The notes below the pieces were generated by a model. That model saw only the letters and a list, made by a program, of their open reading frames with translations, searched no databases and was not told where the DNA came from. A stretch of 54,990 nucleotides of DNA, counting the filler, from Catajapyx aquilonaris (Eukaryota): the NCBI GenBank assembly GCA_000934665.2. It is 4 parts of 4 records of this genome, joined end to end, with 100 filler letters (N's around TTAATTAATTAA, not from the genome) between each part and the next. Parts side by side here need not be neighbours in the genome. Positions count along the whole stretch, not along the records: positions 27,556 to 41,242 come from JYFJ02008022.1; positions 41,343 to 54,990 come from JYFJ02008023.1; 2 more parts are not named here. One strand, written 5' to 3'. Below, piece after piece: positions 40,743 through 52,830 of the stretch. How positions within the stretch are numbered: position 1 is the first letter of the stretch; the number at the start of each line of letters is the position of its first letter. A program made the position numbers and the translations under genes.

Positions 40743-41242
40743 AAAGGATTGAATTTGCTTGATCCATTCTCATTGCACTAAATTCTTTCGTGGATTGACA
40801 TGGCAGTCTTGATAAATTATTGGAGTAGAGAAGTACTTTTTTATCAGGTTTGTTTTGTAGTTGGGGCAAGAATATGAGTGGTGTTGACAGATGCTGCAAT
40901 TACACAGGGTAAAATGTGATGAAATGACACGATGCAGAGATTTTTTCATGTGTATGTTACAATATGCATGAAGGTACGGAGGGGTTAAAGGGACACTCCA
41001 CTCAAAATACAAGTTGGGTTCTAAAAATCGGGCAAAAAATCCTGATTCCGAGGGTATAATCAGTTTTTCTTAGAGACGAACGGTAAGGCCAGTGTGAAAG
41101 CTGGAAGTGTGTCGTTCGAAAACCCCGCGCGGGGCAGGTGGCGACGCCACCAGAGTGGAACCGGGCGGAACTAGAGGCGGTGGCTGGCGTGGCCAGGGTC
41201 CCCTACATGGTTGCCTCCCCCACCCTAACTGTCTAACTGTCT

Positions 41243-41342
41243 NNNNNNNNNNNNNNNNNNNNNNNNNNNNNNNNNNNNNNNNNNNNTTAATTAATTAANN
41301 NNNNNNNNNNNNNNNNNNNNNNNNNNNNNNNNNNNNNNNNNN
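41243..41342. other. Artificial contig linker
   Basis: 100-bp N/TTAATTAATTAA/N construct. Confidence 0.98.
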
Positions 41343-41538
41343 GCCCGTTGAACCTTCTTCCTTGGTCCGTGGCAGGCACCAAAAGGCAAGAAGGGTACAT
41401 CCGGCTGACCAAATGGACAAACTCAGTCACTCGGAACAACTCACTGTCCTCTGGTGATCGAAGGTCAAGGGTTACCTTCCCCTCTCCACCCTTCCCCACC
41501 ACCAACATGAGCAGGACAAGCAATGTATGAAGTTCCAT
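41343..41538 (-). CDS. 5' end of a signal-peptide protein, possibly another divergent ionotropic receptor (runs off contig)
   Basis: MELHTLLVLLMLVVGKGGEG... hydrophobic leader, frame open to the contig end, CATAAAAA TATA-like motif about 35-40 bp upstream. Same strand and contig as the IR at 54293. The family call is inference only. Confidence 0.45.
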
Positions 41539-43097
41539 CGCGACTAGTCCTCTCCAGGGCTCAACGGGACCTTTTTATGTCCTCCGTGAAACATATTGGC
41601 AGTCAAAAATATTAATTTCGGATCTAATCCACTTCCAGCCTTACCCACGAGTGAAATAAAACCCTTGGCTCTTTTCTAATGGGCACAGCATGGATCCGAG
41701 GTGTGAAGAATCTTTGGCCAAGTGCCCGGAAGGCTTTTCGCCAATTTATTTTCTCTTTAAAGGTACAAAATTGCCATTTCCTCTCTCCCCTCCTCTCGAA
41801 CACATGTCATACCATGTCATAATTTAGTAATGAAAAAGAGCAGTGATTGCTCCAAACAATCGGTTGGGTCCAACATTTCGATGCAAGTATACCAATTCTG
41901 AGCTATTTGGAGCACGGATGAAGTGGGTAATTTGTGGATACAGAGAGGGTTGCTCAAGGTCATTGGCAAGCTCTCATTTCACCATATGATTTTCGTTTTG
42001 AGAATATGGACACGTGTCCCCGCATCATCAATGGGAACCCCACTAATTTTGATCAACTAGGTTACGAAGCCATAACTATATGCAGTAGGCCAATACTGAC
42101 CCCGTTATGGCTTCTCCAGAGATTTGTGTGTTTATTAATTACGTATATTTTAAGCAAGGAGTCACACGTGGACTTGGAGGGCCACGTGCTCTTCGCCGGT
42201 GTTGTGATTCACCCGGCATGTGAAATATTGATCAGGCGGATATTGATCTCACGGCCAGGCATGCAAAGCGCCGGATAGCTTGAATATGCCCTCAAAAGTG
42301 AAGAAATACGAGCAAGTGCGCAAGGTACAACATGCTAATTGAACTACTATCTGTCACAGATGATGGATCTGTGCGAAAATGATGTGTAAGAAATACTTTG
42401 AATGTAAATAGAAGAAACGGCAAGTTTCACGGTCATCAAATGGTGGATTTAATGTGGTTAGGTATTTATATAATACCAACTATTCTGAAAAATTAATTCT
42501 CAAACAACAAAACCAAAAAATCCGAACATGTAGCCCACTATGCATCGTCTGGACTTGCTCATTTTCGATAATAATTAATCGTCCTAATTATGTGGCAATA
42601 ATATCCCACCGCCCACCACGCTTCCTCTGTAACTTGAAAAGCGTCAAGAGGTTAACAGAACCCGAACCCTGCACTTTCCAGTGTATCCAAAGCAAGGCAA
42701 TATCAAGGGTGTCAGTAGTCAATGTGCCACACAGATATAAATACAACACTCCTCTTTTTAAATCGGGGAAGTTGCCAGCAGTCGCATTGAGGCGTTCACT
42801 CCGAGATGAAGGTTTCGCAAGCAGGTTTGTTATTCCTGATATACTTTTCTGCAATTGGAGACACGAATTAGCCGTAGCCGAAAATGATCACCCCGCAGAG
42901 AACGTTCCAAGGCGAGGTCAATCGCTGACCAACAGGAACACCAAAAAATCTCTGGAAGTGGAAATGAAATCCGTGATTCAAGCCATGGACGACAGATTCG
43001 CTCAAATCAGCAAGGGGCAGTCTGCAAGTGCCTTTCGAGATAGTCAAATAATATGGTAGGTTTATTTTTCAAAAATTAATCGTTATGGGTATGACTT

Positions 43098-44694
43098 GAG
43101 GAGTGTGGTGGAAAAACATACTGACATTTTTGTCATTTTTGAACTAAACACCTAGTAACTACAAAAGACATGACAAACATTTTGGTATACTCAAAATTCA
43201 CATATCATGTACCAGACGGCAACACAGGCTACATGATAACCAACATGCCATATTTTCAGGCACTTCCTCAAACGAAAAACATGATAACTGAACCTATTTC
43301 TATACGCTTCGCATTCTTCCATTTAATACAGGGTGTAACGAAGGTTCCTGGCCCAGTCAATATTATACAAGGGAAATTCTCAGTTTTTTAAAGTTACCCT
43401 CATCTTTTATGTTGATATTGTACTCTCATAATCCCCAGAATATGCTGTCCCCTGTATGATTCATTTTTCCGTCCACATCCTCGCCAGCGCTGCTTTTGTG
43501 CTCACATGAATGAGCGGTGTGCAATGAAAGTGTTGTCTGTCATGAAGATTCCTTGCAATTGCTGTGTTCTCGATGTCTGATGATTGTGGGCCAGGTGTAA
43601 GACAGTGTCACTCTGTAAGCAAGCCAGGCCAAAAAATCATGGCCATAGTGAATAAGAGAGTTGATCAGGAATGAGCAACTATAGCTGTCACACCAGATGC
43701 ACATTCAAACTTGTGGACAGTTTGGGAAGAGGTGTAGCTCAGTCTTTGGAGAGAAAAATTCTATGCACACTGAATATATTTTATTTATTTATTTATTATT
43801 TATACCCAATTGGGAGAATCTACGCTCCATTAGGGGGTGGAGCACCACCATTGGATGGGGCCAAGGATAGGGAAGGAAGGAGGCGGCTGTGGCCTATTAT
43901 ACGGAAACAAACCCGGAATATTATCCTGGAGGGACCGTGGAAAACCACTGCCAGGTTTTGCTTCAGTTAATTTTTTCTTACAAAGAATCTATCAATCCTA
44001 AAGGAATGCGGTTTTCGGCATATTCACAAAGACACGAGCAAAACCAGCAGAATTCACCACATAAATCACATGCCCTGTCGGACTTTATCGTATGAAGCCA
44101 CCTTCCGCTAGCTACAAGGTGGCTATATTGGAAAAGGATCTTTGCGCAGTGATAGAGATTGTATGAAGCTTAGCACAATAATGGGAATTTAGCATAAATT
44201 AATAAGATGGGTTTGTAAGCAATATTTTGCGTATAATCGTTCTTTGAACCTTTAAAATTCACCGCTACGTTTTTTTATGATTCCCGAGTAGCCGCACAGA
44301 AATAGTTAAAGCTGTTATGATACACAAGGCCAATACTATGGGAGCTGCGCAGTGGATCTGGCGGGAGCGGCCTTTCAATGCGGTTCGAATGATATATGAG
44401 GCATAGGGCTAACACGAGCCGTTGGCGAGGTATGGATTTTTAAATCTACGATTACGTCATCCATGAGTCATTGAGGCGAAAGTAGCAGCGGACACTTTTG
44501 TTACACCCTGTATCTCCGTTAATTTCAGGAATAACGGTTCCAAAAGTTATGGATAACAAGACAGACAGTCTGGCAATATAACAAAACCCAGTGTTACAAG
44601 TTGAGGTAATATGCTGATTTGTGACAAGAGTGCAAATTCGCTCTCCTGAAAAATGACTCCTTTGTCAGTTGTCATGTTTTCCACCACACCCCTC
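43098..44694. mobile_element. Sola2-like non-autonomous DNA transposon
   Basis: TIR GAGG(A/G)GTGTGGTGGAAAA, 4-bp TSD ACTT (43094-43097, 44695-44698). GRG termini with a 4-bp TSD are Sola2 features. Confidence 0.7.
43329..44510. mobile_element. Degraded Tc1/mariner-type element nested in the Sola2-like element
   Basis: TA-CAGGGTGTAAC...GTTACACCCTG-TA termini. No intact transposase ORF. Confidence 0.7.
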
Positions 44695-45245
44695 ACTTTT
44701 GCACATGCAACACGACAAATCAAAGAAGACGTGAATGCCAGATGAGAGGTGAGTTTATCAGCAATATAAATAGTTACTAATAATTAAGTCAATATTTTCA
44801 CTTCATTTGTTGCAATGAAACGGGGCCAATAATATTTTAATATTAAGGGTCGGATTCTCGTGGACTTTACGGGAGGCCCGCAAGTCGCAAACGCCCGTAA
44901 ACGTGACGTCACGCCCCGGCAACTCCCGAAGTGGAATTATCGTGTCGCGCTCCCGCAAGGGCTGCGGGAAGGAAAGGCCCGCAAAGATGCGGGTGGGTGG
45001 AAGCACCAGCCTGTAAGTCGCCTGTCGCTCTCAAAAATGGCCGATTCCCCGACAGCAGCTGTGTGTCCGTAAGGCGGGGATCGAATTATTTACGGATACC
45101 CAAGTCCTTTGATTGAGCTCACGAGACGTGCACATAAACGTAAGTATTTCGCCACTAGTGACGCCACTACTAGGGTTGGATTCACAAATATAACCGGAAA
45201 GCACTTCTCGGGACATCGTATTGTTGAGCATTCATATGTCAGCCC

Positions 45246-45543
45246 AGGGACGGGAAACCCGAGGCCGAATCTGCTCGAAAAGCTGGTCAATGGGAAGGGC
45301 AGGATCCTCTTCACTCCTCAAAAAATACAGGGGCCAATGAGCCCCTGGCCCTGGTCCAGCCAGCCACAAATGGAGGAGCAGGGACCAACGCAAGTGCACA
45401 TAGGTAGTGCAGTGTCAACTTGCTCCTCCATCTGTGGTGGGCTGGACTAGGAGCACATTGCCCCCTGGATTTTTTTGAGGAGTGACCAGCTTTGAGGATT
45501 GACCAGCTTTTCGAGCAGATTCGGCCTCGGGTTTCCCGTCCCT
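45246..45543. mobile_element. Palindromic MITE
   Basis: Arms AGGGACGGGAAACCCGAGGCCGAATCTGCTCGAAAAGCTGGTCAAT and reverse complement, plus inner arms TCACTCCTCAAAAAAT. TSD not resolved. Confidence 0.7.
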
Positions 45544-47656
45544 ACTTGATCCTCCATGTCTGTGTTGATCAATTTCCCCTGAAGGTATCATACCATTGTA
45601 GTGCAATGGTACTATTACCAGTAACTATAGTTACTAGTAGTACAACGAAAATTCCACCCATTAATTTTACATGAGGCACTCCATATAAGTGTTTTATGAA
45701 ATTAGGAACTTCAATTAAGCACATTTAATTTCTATACGATTGGTGCGAATTATTGCCATGAAACATTCATAATGCAGAATCGTCACCCCTTTTAGATGCT
45801 GATTTTAACGGGAATTCTTACCCCTTTGGAGCGCTGCGTCTTGGCCCAGAGATGGCGTTACTTTTGCCCTATTCTCCTCGAATGTAAAAGCTGTCTTTAA
45901 ATTTTTCTCAGTTGCAAATGCACCAAAAATTATGCAAATCGTGCCGTTAGATAACCGGGTGCAAATACTACTTGGTTCGATCGCTCGTGTTGGACACGCG
46001 CTTTGGTATAAGTGTGTAAATTATTGCGGATAATTGTTCACGTGGGCCATGGCGCAAATGGAGTGGGAATGAAAAACAACCGGTCGCCCCCCTCCACCAG
46101 ACCCGACCCTCGGCTTGACCATCCCCTGGAGCTGGTTGCCAACCCTTCTCCCCTAGCCCCCTTCCCTTTTTCGGGTTGAGGGTTTATGGCCGAGCCTTCC
46201 GAGATAAGTTCACATAATAAGGTAAAATCTACAAATTCATAACTGCTATGCCTGCACATCGGGCTTGCTATTCTGTTCTTGCGTTTGATATGGCCATAGA
46301 ACATTAGAAGGCCTTAGACAGCAACCTTACAGAAATGTGATTATCAATTTTGTGGCAGTGGAGGATGATTGCCAATTGTTTGCGTGGCATATTGCTCAGG
46401 CCTACCATTTTATTCATTCAATCTTGCTGAAGAATGTGACTATCTTAAAATAATGCGGTACTACACAGTATATAATGTGGAATCATGCATGCTGCACTCG
46501 CATTTTTTATTTTATTAAAATTATCATTCGTGAACAGTATACAACTCAAAAAATTACCCATCATCTACCATCATTGTCAGAAACTACTCATCCGGATCGG
46601 CACTTTTACCACATCCGGATTTGCAGCAGGGTCATGGAGAACGACTGCGTCCCCCTCAACCCGACGTACGGCGGCAAGTCAACATTGACCTGCCCGCCCG
46701 TAGTCACCCTCTCTCCTCTGCTCGACCAGCAAGCCGAATCCGGCCGCATCACCTCGTCGTCCTCCATACCACAACGGGGAATGTGCAGATTGGCTACACA
46801 AAGCCCCACGTTGGGCGCCAAATGTCAGGACCCTTGACCTGACCCCTGACCAAGCTAATTCGCAGGGCGTGGGAATAAGAGTCCGGTAGGAGGTTAAATC
46901 AGTGTATTGCAGGAGTGAACAGCTACAGGAGAGAGAGTGTGTGTTAGGGCGGGCTGGTTAGGGCAGACGCCCCATTCCCTTTTTATACTATCCAAACCCA
47001 GGTAGCACACTTCGTCGGCCCGACCTCACCCCAAAATCGGGCCGAAGTCACATTCACCGGCTATGTAACGGCCGACGTAGCCGGTCTAGCGCCGACGTTG
47101 GCCCGCTGTATCCGACCCGGGAAATGCCCGTTCACCTGCCTCGTTCATCGGCCCGATGTCGGGCCAAGATCCCGCCGACTATATGCGCGCGCATCACCGG
47201 ACTCCCCCGCTCCCCCACTCCACAACTCCACCGCCCTCCTCCTACTAGCTGCCCCCATCCACCTCCCACAGTCTCCCCCCTCACCCTCCTCGGCTAGGCC
47301 TTGTCGGTTGTCGGCTTAGTGTGGCTTCTCCTCGGTGGTGGTCTACCCGTGCGGCAGGGGCGGTTTCCTGTCCTCGTCCCTATAGTTTCGATGCCATAGA
47401 TCTCTGGACCTGCGTGCCCGGACCTCTCGGATCTGCTTCGCACCTGCGGGCGCATGTGGTATACGTGTCGTACAGGTATTGCACAAACGTATTGTATTAT
47501 TGTGCTGACCTCACGCGCCATCCTCATCTGCATCTTATTACATTAACAGGTATTTTTGCGGGGGAGCGTAACCGGCCTAGTGATGTGCGGCATGGCTACA
47601 GCATGGCGACAAGGGACGATGACATTTGGGCACAACGGAATGCGATGATCGTTTCG

Positions 47657-47725
<69 letters not shown>
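47657..47725. repeat. (CAT)23 microsatellite
   Basis: Perfect trinucleotide run; explains the poly-His and poly-Met ORFs. Confidence 0.95.
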
Positions 47726-47726
<1 letters not shown>

Positions 47727-48022
47727 TGCATCGTCCTCAGCATCAACCTCATCGTTAGCAGCAGCAACCCAAACTGCATGACCTCACGATGAAGGTAATA
47801 TTTAGCTCTGGGAAGGTACGGTATAGTGGAGTTGGCACACTGCAGTACATACTCCAAATGTGTAATTTGGGTGAGCAAGGCTGGACAGGAGGGAAGTGTT
47901 GGGTGGGTGGGTGCAAGAGCGTGGGTGAGGTAGGTGAAGGGTGGGGGAAGGCAGGTAGTGGTGCAGGTTTTTTAAAAAGCTTGATTGTGTCAATTTATTG
48001 TGGTGTTACTGCTATACATGTA

Positions 48023-48233
48023 CCCCCGCGAGCATAAAGATGGAGACTGCAGGCTCTCTTTTGACCTTTCTTTATCCGACTCAAATGAATGAACTCTTTT
48101 TGGACCGAGTTTGCTGCTTCAGGCGTGTGTTCGTGTATTTATGACAGTATATTTGATACCGTAATAGCTTCAATTGGCATTGCAGCCTGCCGAAGGTGAG
48201 GGCCTGCCGTCTCCATGTTTATGCTCGCGGGTG
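48023..48233. mobile_element. TA-flanked MITE inside the CACTA-like element
   Basis: TA-C(C/A)CCCGCGAGCATAAA(G/C)ATGGAGAC...GCAGGC inverted termini. Confidence 0.7.
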
Positions 48234-49062
48234 TACGTCCAGCAGTTCCCAGTGACAGAAGACAATGTACACTTGGTATGCCAACGTCTGCCAATCTAAT
48301 AGGAACCTATTATGAGTCATGCCATTCAACATTGCTTTCCATAACAAAATAGGGAAATGTAGTAGAGAGCTGACTGTGTGCAAGTTGTCAGATGTTCATA
48401 TTCCATGCATAATAGGTCATGTGATTGAAGTAACATCACTAATTTTAGGCCTTATTAATGATTTCTTTGACGAACTTGACCCCGCATGAATGCGAATGCA
48501 AATTTCTTGCCAATCTTCTTCCGGCTTGATGCATTCTTGAATGAATCAGACTACTTGGGCTGTCCAGCACGCGACAAGCCATTTTGCAGATTTTCCACCG
48601 TGTACGACCCAGTCACATGGGACACTGCATCTTCCCCAACCAAGGAAGCAATTACATAGTTCTTGGCTGGCTGGCATTCAGTGTGTTTGAGAGCTGCTAA
48701 TGAAAATTAAGTGTGTAAATATAGCAGGCACATAAGTATAATGTACATTTTCCTATGCATAATCAACTAACATTAATAAATTGCATGTTTCAGAGGGTCC
48801 ATGGTACAGTTGTGTTTTGCAAACACTATGGATAGTGTTTGCAAAACACAACTGTGCCATGGTTCTGAAACATTAATGTTACTTGATTATGGACACATTT
48901 TCCCATGGGTAATCAACTAACATTAATAAATTGCATGTTTCAGAGAGAAACATGCAATTTATTAATGCATAGGAAAATGTACATTATACTTATGTACTTG
49001 CTATTTACACACTTCATTTTCATTAGCAGGCTCTCAAACACACTGAAAGGCAACCAGCCAAG

Positions 49063-49644
49063 AACTATGTAATTGCTTCCTTTGTTGAGGAAGACGCAGT
49101 GGAGGTCATCCCATGTGACTGGGTCGTACCAAGAGCTTGGCCTGTTGCTTGTTTGACATCCCAAGTAGCCTGATTCATTCGGGGAAACCATCAAGCCGGA
49201 AGAAGATTGGCAAGAAATTGCCATTCGCATTCATGCGGGGTCAAGTTCGTGAAATAAATAATTAATACGGACTAATATTAGTGGTGTTTCTTCCATCGCA
49301 TAACCATTTTCTAATTGCATGTAATTGTATTGCAGTAATGAGGGCTACCATGGTCAAAGGACTAACGTTGCTGTTCAGCTATGAAGGCCGATGAGCGAAG
49401 CGGCCTTTTGGGCAGCTGCAGATAGCAAAAGTTGTCATCGGTAAGTACATATATCAGTTATAGGCCACATATGCAACTTAATAATGTTTCTTTCACAATT
49501 TCAGCTGGAGTTCAGCTGAAATATCCCCAGCATGCTGGGACACAAGAAGTAGACCAGAAGATGGGGAAATTCCTAAGTGGAGCAGCAGACAGGGAAGGGG
49601 GGAGGAAATGTATGGTAAACAGCAATAGGGGCAAGACAAACTGA
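49063..49644 (+). pseudogene. Remnant of a spliced CACTA accessory gene (DUF4806-like C-terminus)
   Basis: NYVIASFVEEDAVEVIPCDWVV at 49063. Exons 49336-49440 (MRATMVKGLTLLFSYEGR*AKRPFGQLQIAKVVI) and 49505-49644 (AGVQLKYP...MGKFLSGAADREGGRK) join in frame via GT-AG with one premature stop. Domain label is from motif recall. Confidence 0.6.
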
Positions 49645-51166
49645 CTTGTGCGTGTACAAACAAAAAGGAAAATATATACGGTATATCATTGTATAGTGTT
49701 CATTTTTTAATCATTTTTACCAATGCCGGTTATGCAGATACATGCAGTAAAACCCCGTATTACGTAATGGTGGCCTCGCATACGTTTAATACGGGGTTTT
49801 TACTGTATGGATCAAAATATATAGCTATAAGTATTGTTTTTGTTTGTTGCAGTGGTCTATAGAGCATGAAAATGACGTCAGGTTTCATATAAATAGGGTG
49901 TAATGTAGATCGGGTCAGCACCGTATGCCAACATTGGCCCAACACCGGATGCCAACGTCGGCCCGATGTGACAAAAAGTTAACCGTTTTACATTGGCCCG
50001 ACATCGCTCCCCCAACACTGGCCCGGTGTCATTCGCCAATATCGGACCGACGAAGTGTGCTACCTGGGAAGGTCTCGCCACCAGGCGGCACTCAAGTCAC
50101 GCGAGGAGGATAAAAATGCCGAACCCACACACGTGGTCCCGACAACATTATTGCCAAGTTTTATGCAGCTGTCACAATTTATTATTCTGCTGAACTGTCA
50201 GTGTCTCGTCGTTCCTGAAAAATTGCTTACCGCCGTGGCCTTGGCTGGGTTTGATATGATGACCCCTCATTCCTGAAAAAATACATTTCGCGATCAACTG
50301 ACACCACCAACCTTCCCTCAATAAATCTGGGAATTGGTTAAAAATACGACGGGGATGAAAATCATATCAAGTTTTGATGGGGAAGTCTGGTGAAAGCCCT
50401 TGCAGAAAAATGAAAGCAGAGATAAATCAGCGTAACTCATTGGCCACAGATGACCCTGAGAAACCTCGACTACATTACTCTTGTTTTGGACAACTGAAGG
50501 GGTCGGTGCAATACCACCCTCACCCTCCCAAACCTGATTTTGAGAAAACTGAAGTTGAAAGTGTGACCGCATTTCTTCGTCATCAGCATCTGACGTCACT
50601 TTGCGTGGTGAACATGTGACTTCCCCACCTACCATCCCCCACCATGCACCTCGTCGCTCACGTGACTTCCCTACCTACCATCTCCCACCACGCAATGGGG
50701 CAAGGGGAATATATAATTATGTGAGTGCTCCTGTTTACTCGAGACCTTTTTGCCTGGAGAATATCCTAACAGGAGGTCGGGCCATATTGTTGGTCACTAC
50801 CCTACCTAACCCAGCTCTCCTGTTTCTCGTACTCCGTCTCAGTAATTAAGACTGTTCTTGAACGAACCCATAGTGGTTAATATTTTACGTGTAACCTTAC
50901 CGCTCAGGTCACAAAAGTTTGAGATGACCCATAAATCACCTTTTCCATAGGACAATTTTCATATCTCCCCCGATATACAAGGCACTAATTAGGAATATCT
51001 ATGTACTATTATGATGATGATGATGATGCACCACCCACTCTAAGAACGAACAAAATAAGGTGGCCACGTGTGGAAAAAAAGGGTTAGGGCAGTATTGCAC
51101 TCAACTTGTAATGCGAACTCAATTTTGGTCAAGAATGTATCACAAGCTTCACTAGTTAGTTATTAG

Positions 51167-51790
51167 TGTTCATATAAATTATATCAAATGAACTTTCATG
51201 AGATGAGGAACATTTTGGCGCCAACGGGTTTAACCTAGATTGTAAAATAAAAATGCTAAAAAATTCGCATTATTGTGCAAAACGGACACATTTTATATGG
51301 TCCAATGTCATTGTTAAACACATGCTAAGCAAGCGTGTGGAATTAATATGGTAGGTACATTGTCATCTTATCATTACTACTGTCGAAGGACAACATCACA
51401 GGTCAAGCAGTATTGCAGATAAAACTTCTGAAATGTCTGTTTTTCACTAATTTGGTCATCTTTGGGGGTCATTTTTCTCAATGTGGAGCTGGGTCTATTT
51501 TGAAGTTACCAGAAGCGTCTTTTCATGCATAACATAGCGGTATAAGAATATTGTTCACTTTTACCATGAATGGTTCACTCGCAACATCAAAATAACGTGG
51601 AGTAACCTAGTATAGAGGGCTTTTCCCGGCATTTCAGATTTATTATCTCCAAGTCTGCCTGACCTTGATGTTGTCCTTCGACAGTAGTAGGCTAATGATC
51701 AGATGACAATGTACCTATCATATTAATTCCACACGCTTAGCATGTGTTTAACAATGACATTGGACCATATGAAATGTGTCCGTTTTGCAC

Positions 51791-51872
<82 letters not shown>

Positions 51873-52307
51873 GGGTTAGTACACCGCCCATTGATAGGCA
51901 TCTGGCACGGTACCTTTATTTGCTTTTAGGTGTACAGCTACATTTTTGGTCATTTTCCGTAACGCCCGGGTACCGCGAGCGATAGGGGATGACCTTGGGG
52001 ATGACAGGAGGGGATGTGCAAAGTGCAGTGCAATACTGTACGAGGTCAATTTGTGAACTCCCCCGGGTGGATTTTGTCTATTGGAGATTCCACCCAGAAA
52101 CGAAGCCAGAGACGACCCACACTCTGCACGAGATGAAGGGGGTGTCCCCGGGCGGGATTTGATCCCACGTTACCGCGGCGGCACTCCGTCTCCCCTGTTT
52201 TGCACAATAATGCTATTTTTTAGCAATTTTAGTTAACAGACTAGGCTAACCCGTTGCCACCAAAATGTTCTTCATCTCACAATAGTTCATTTGATATAAT
52301 ATGAACA
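51167..52307. mobile_element. Fold-back element with about 240-bp arms; right arm interrupted by a SINE
   Basis: 51167-51410 pairs with 51655-51796 plus 52212-52307. Confidence 0.8.
51797..52196 (-). mobile_element. SINE-like retroposon with long (ATT)n tail (fourth family)
   Basis: 15-bp TSD GTTTTGCACAATAAT (51782-51796, 52197-52211), B-box-like GGATCAAATCCC in the head, (AAT)27 run at 51791-51871. Confidence 0.8.
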
Positions 52308-52639
52308 TCAGGGTGCAACAATAACTTCACCTGAAATAAATTGTCCTTCCGGCTCCATTGTCCATTGCTGCTGAAAGACGTTGCCAGCATATCTCCATGG
52401 GATTTTCACCTGGGAGGCTCTTAACTTTATTTTTGGCAACACTTCAATGATTTTTATATCAAATTATGAGATGGTCGAGCCACCAACTTGTCTGTTTTGA
52501 TATGGAATGACCCAACTATTATTATTATTTTTCTGCAATGGACTACTACTTTGCACATCATCATTATCAGGATCGAACTCTGAATCTTCAAAGGTACTTC
52601 ATCCACATCGGTGTCGTCAGGCAAAAGCTCACTATTTAA

Positions 52640-52830
52640 AGGCCGGTATCCACGTACGAGAATCTCGCATACGAGGGCTTGCGAGGAGCCAACTGCGCAT
52701 GCCCAGATACGAGGAAAGAGAGAAAAAGTAGAAAATTTTCTACTTTTTCCCATTTTCTCGTATCTGGGCATGCGAAGTTGGCTCCTCGCAAGCCCTCGTA
52801 TGCGAGATTCTCATACATGGATACCGGCCT
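52640..52830. mobile_element. Fully palindromic PIF/Harbinger-like MITE
   Basis: TAA TSD, termini AGGCCGGTATCCA, symmetry centre AAGTAGAAAATTTTCTACTT. Confidence 0.9.

Larger units (their letters stand above)
46997..50068 (+). mobile_element. Animal CACTA/EnSpm-like non-autonomous element inserted in the LTR
   Basis: TIR CCCAGGTAGCACACTTCGTCGG(C/T)CCGA, 2-bp TSD AA, subterminal GGCCCGA repeats at both ends, accessory-gene remnants inside. Confidence 0.85.
46606..50144 (-). mobile_element. Truncated LTR retrotransposon: 5' LTR (interrupted), tRNA-Lys primer binding site and start of a gag-like ORF
   Basis: LTR termini TGTCGGGAC (50144) ... GTCCTGACA (46823), about 250 bp once the insertion is removed. 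TATAAAA at about 46981-46987. PBS TGGCGCCCAACGTGGGGC (46820-46803) is complementary to the 3' end of tRNA-Lys(CUU). Then MEDDEVMRP...DLPPYVG. Confidence 0.8.

Noticed and set aside
42454..43059. 201-aa plus-strand ORF, and a minus-strand stretch (NFPDLKRGVLYLYLCG) faintly like an IR last TM
   Set aside because: No recognisable domain on the plus strand. The minus-strand resemblance is broken by stops and too weak to call without tBLASTn.
46038..46304. ORF starting FYGHIKRKN
   Set aside because: Resembles the decayed C-terminal end of a LINE reverse transcriptase (x-GH-x-x-R motif) but is too short to support as a gene or to classify.
47321..47878. Poly-His and poly-Met proteins
   Set aside because: Products of the (CAT)23 microsatellite inside a transposon.
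51744..51985. Poly-Ile and poly-Asn ORFs
   Set aside because: Translations of the (AAT)27 SINE tail.
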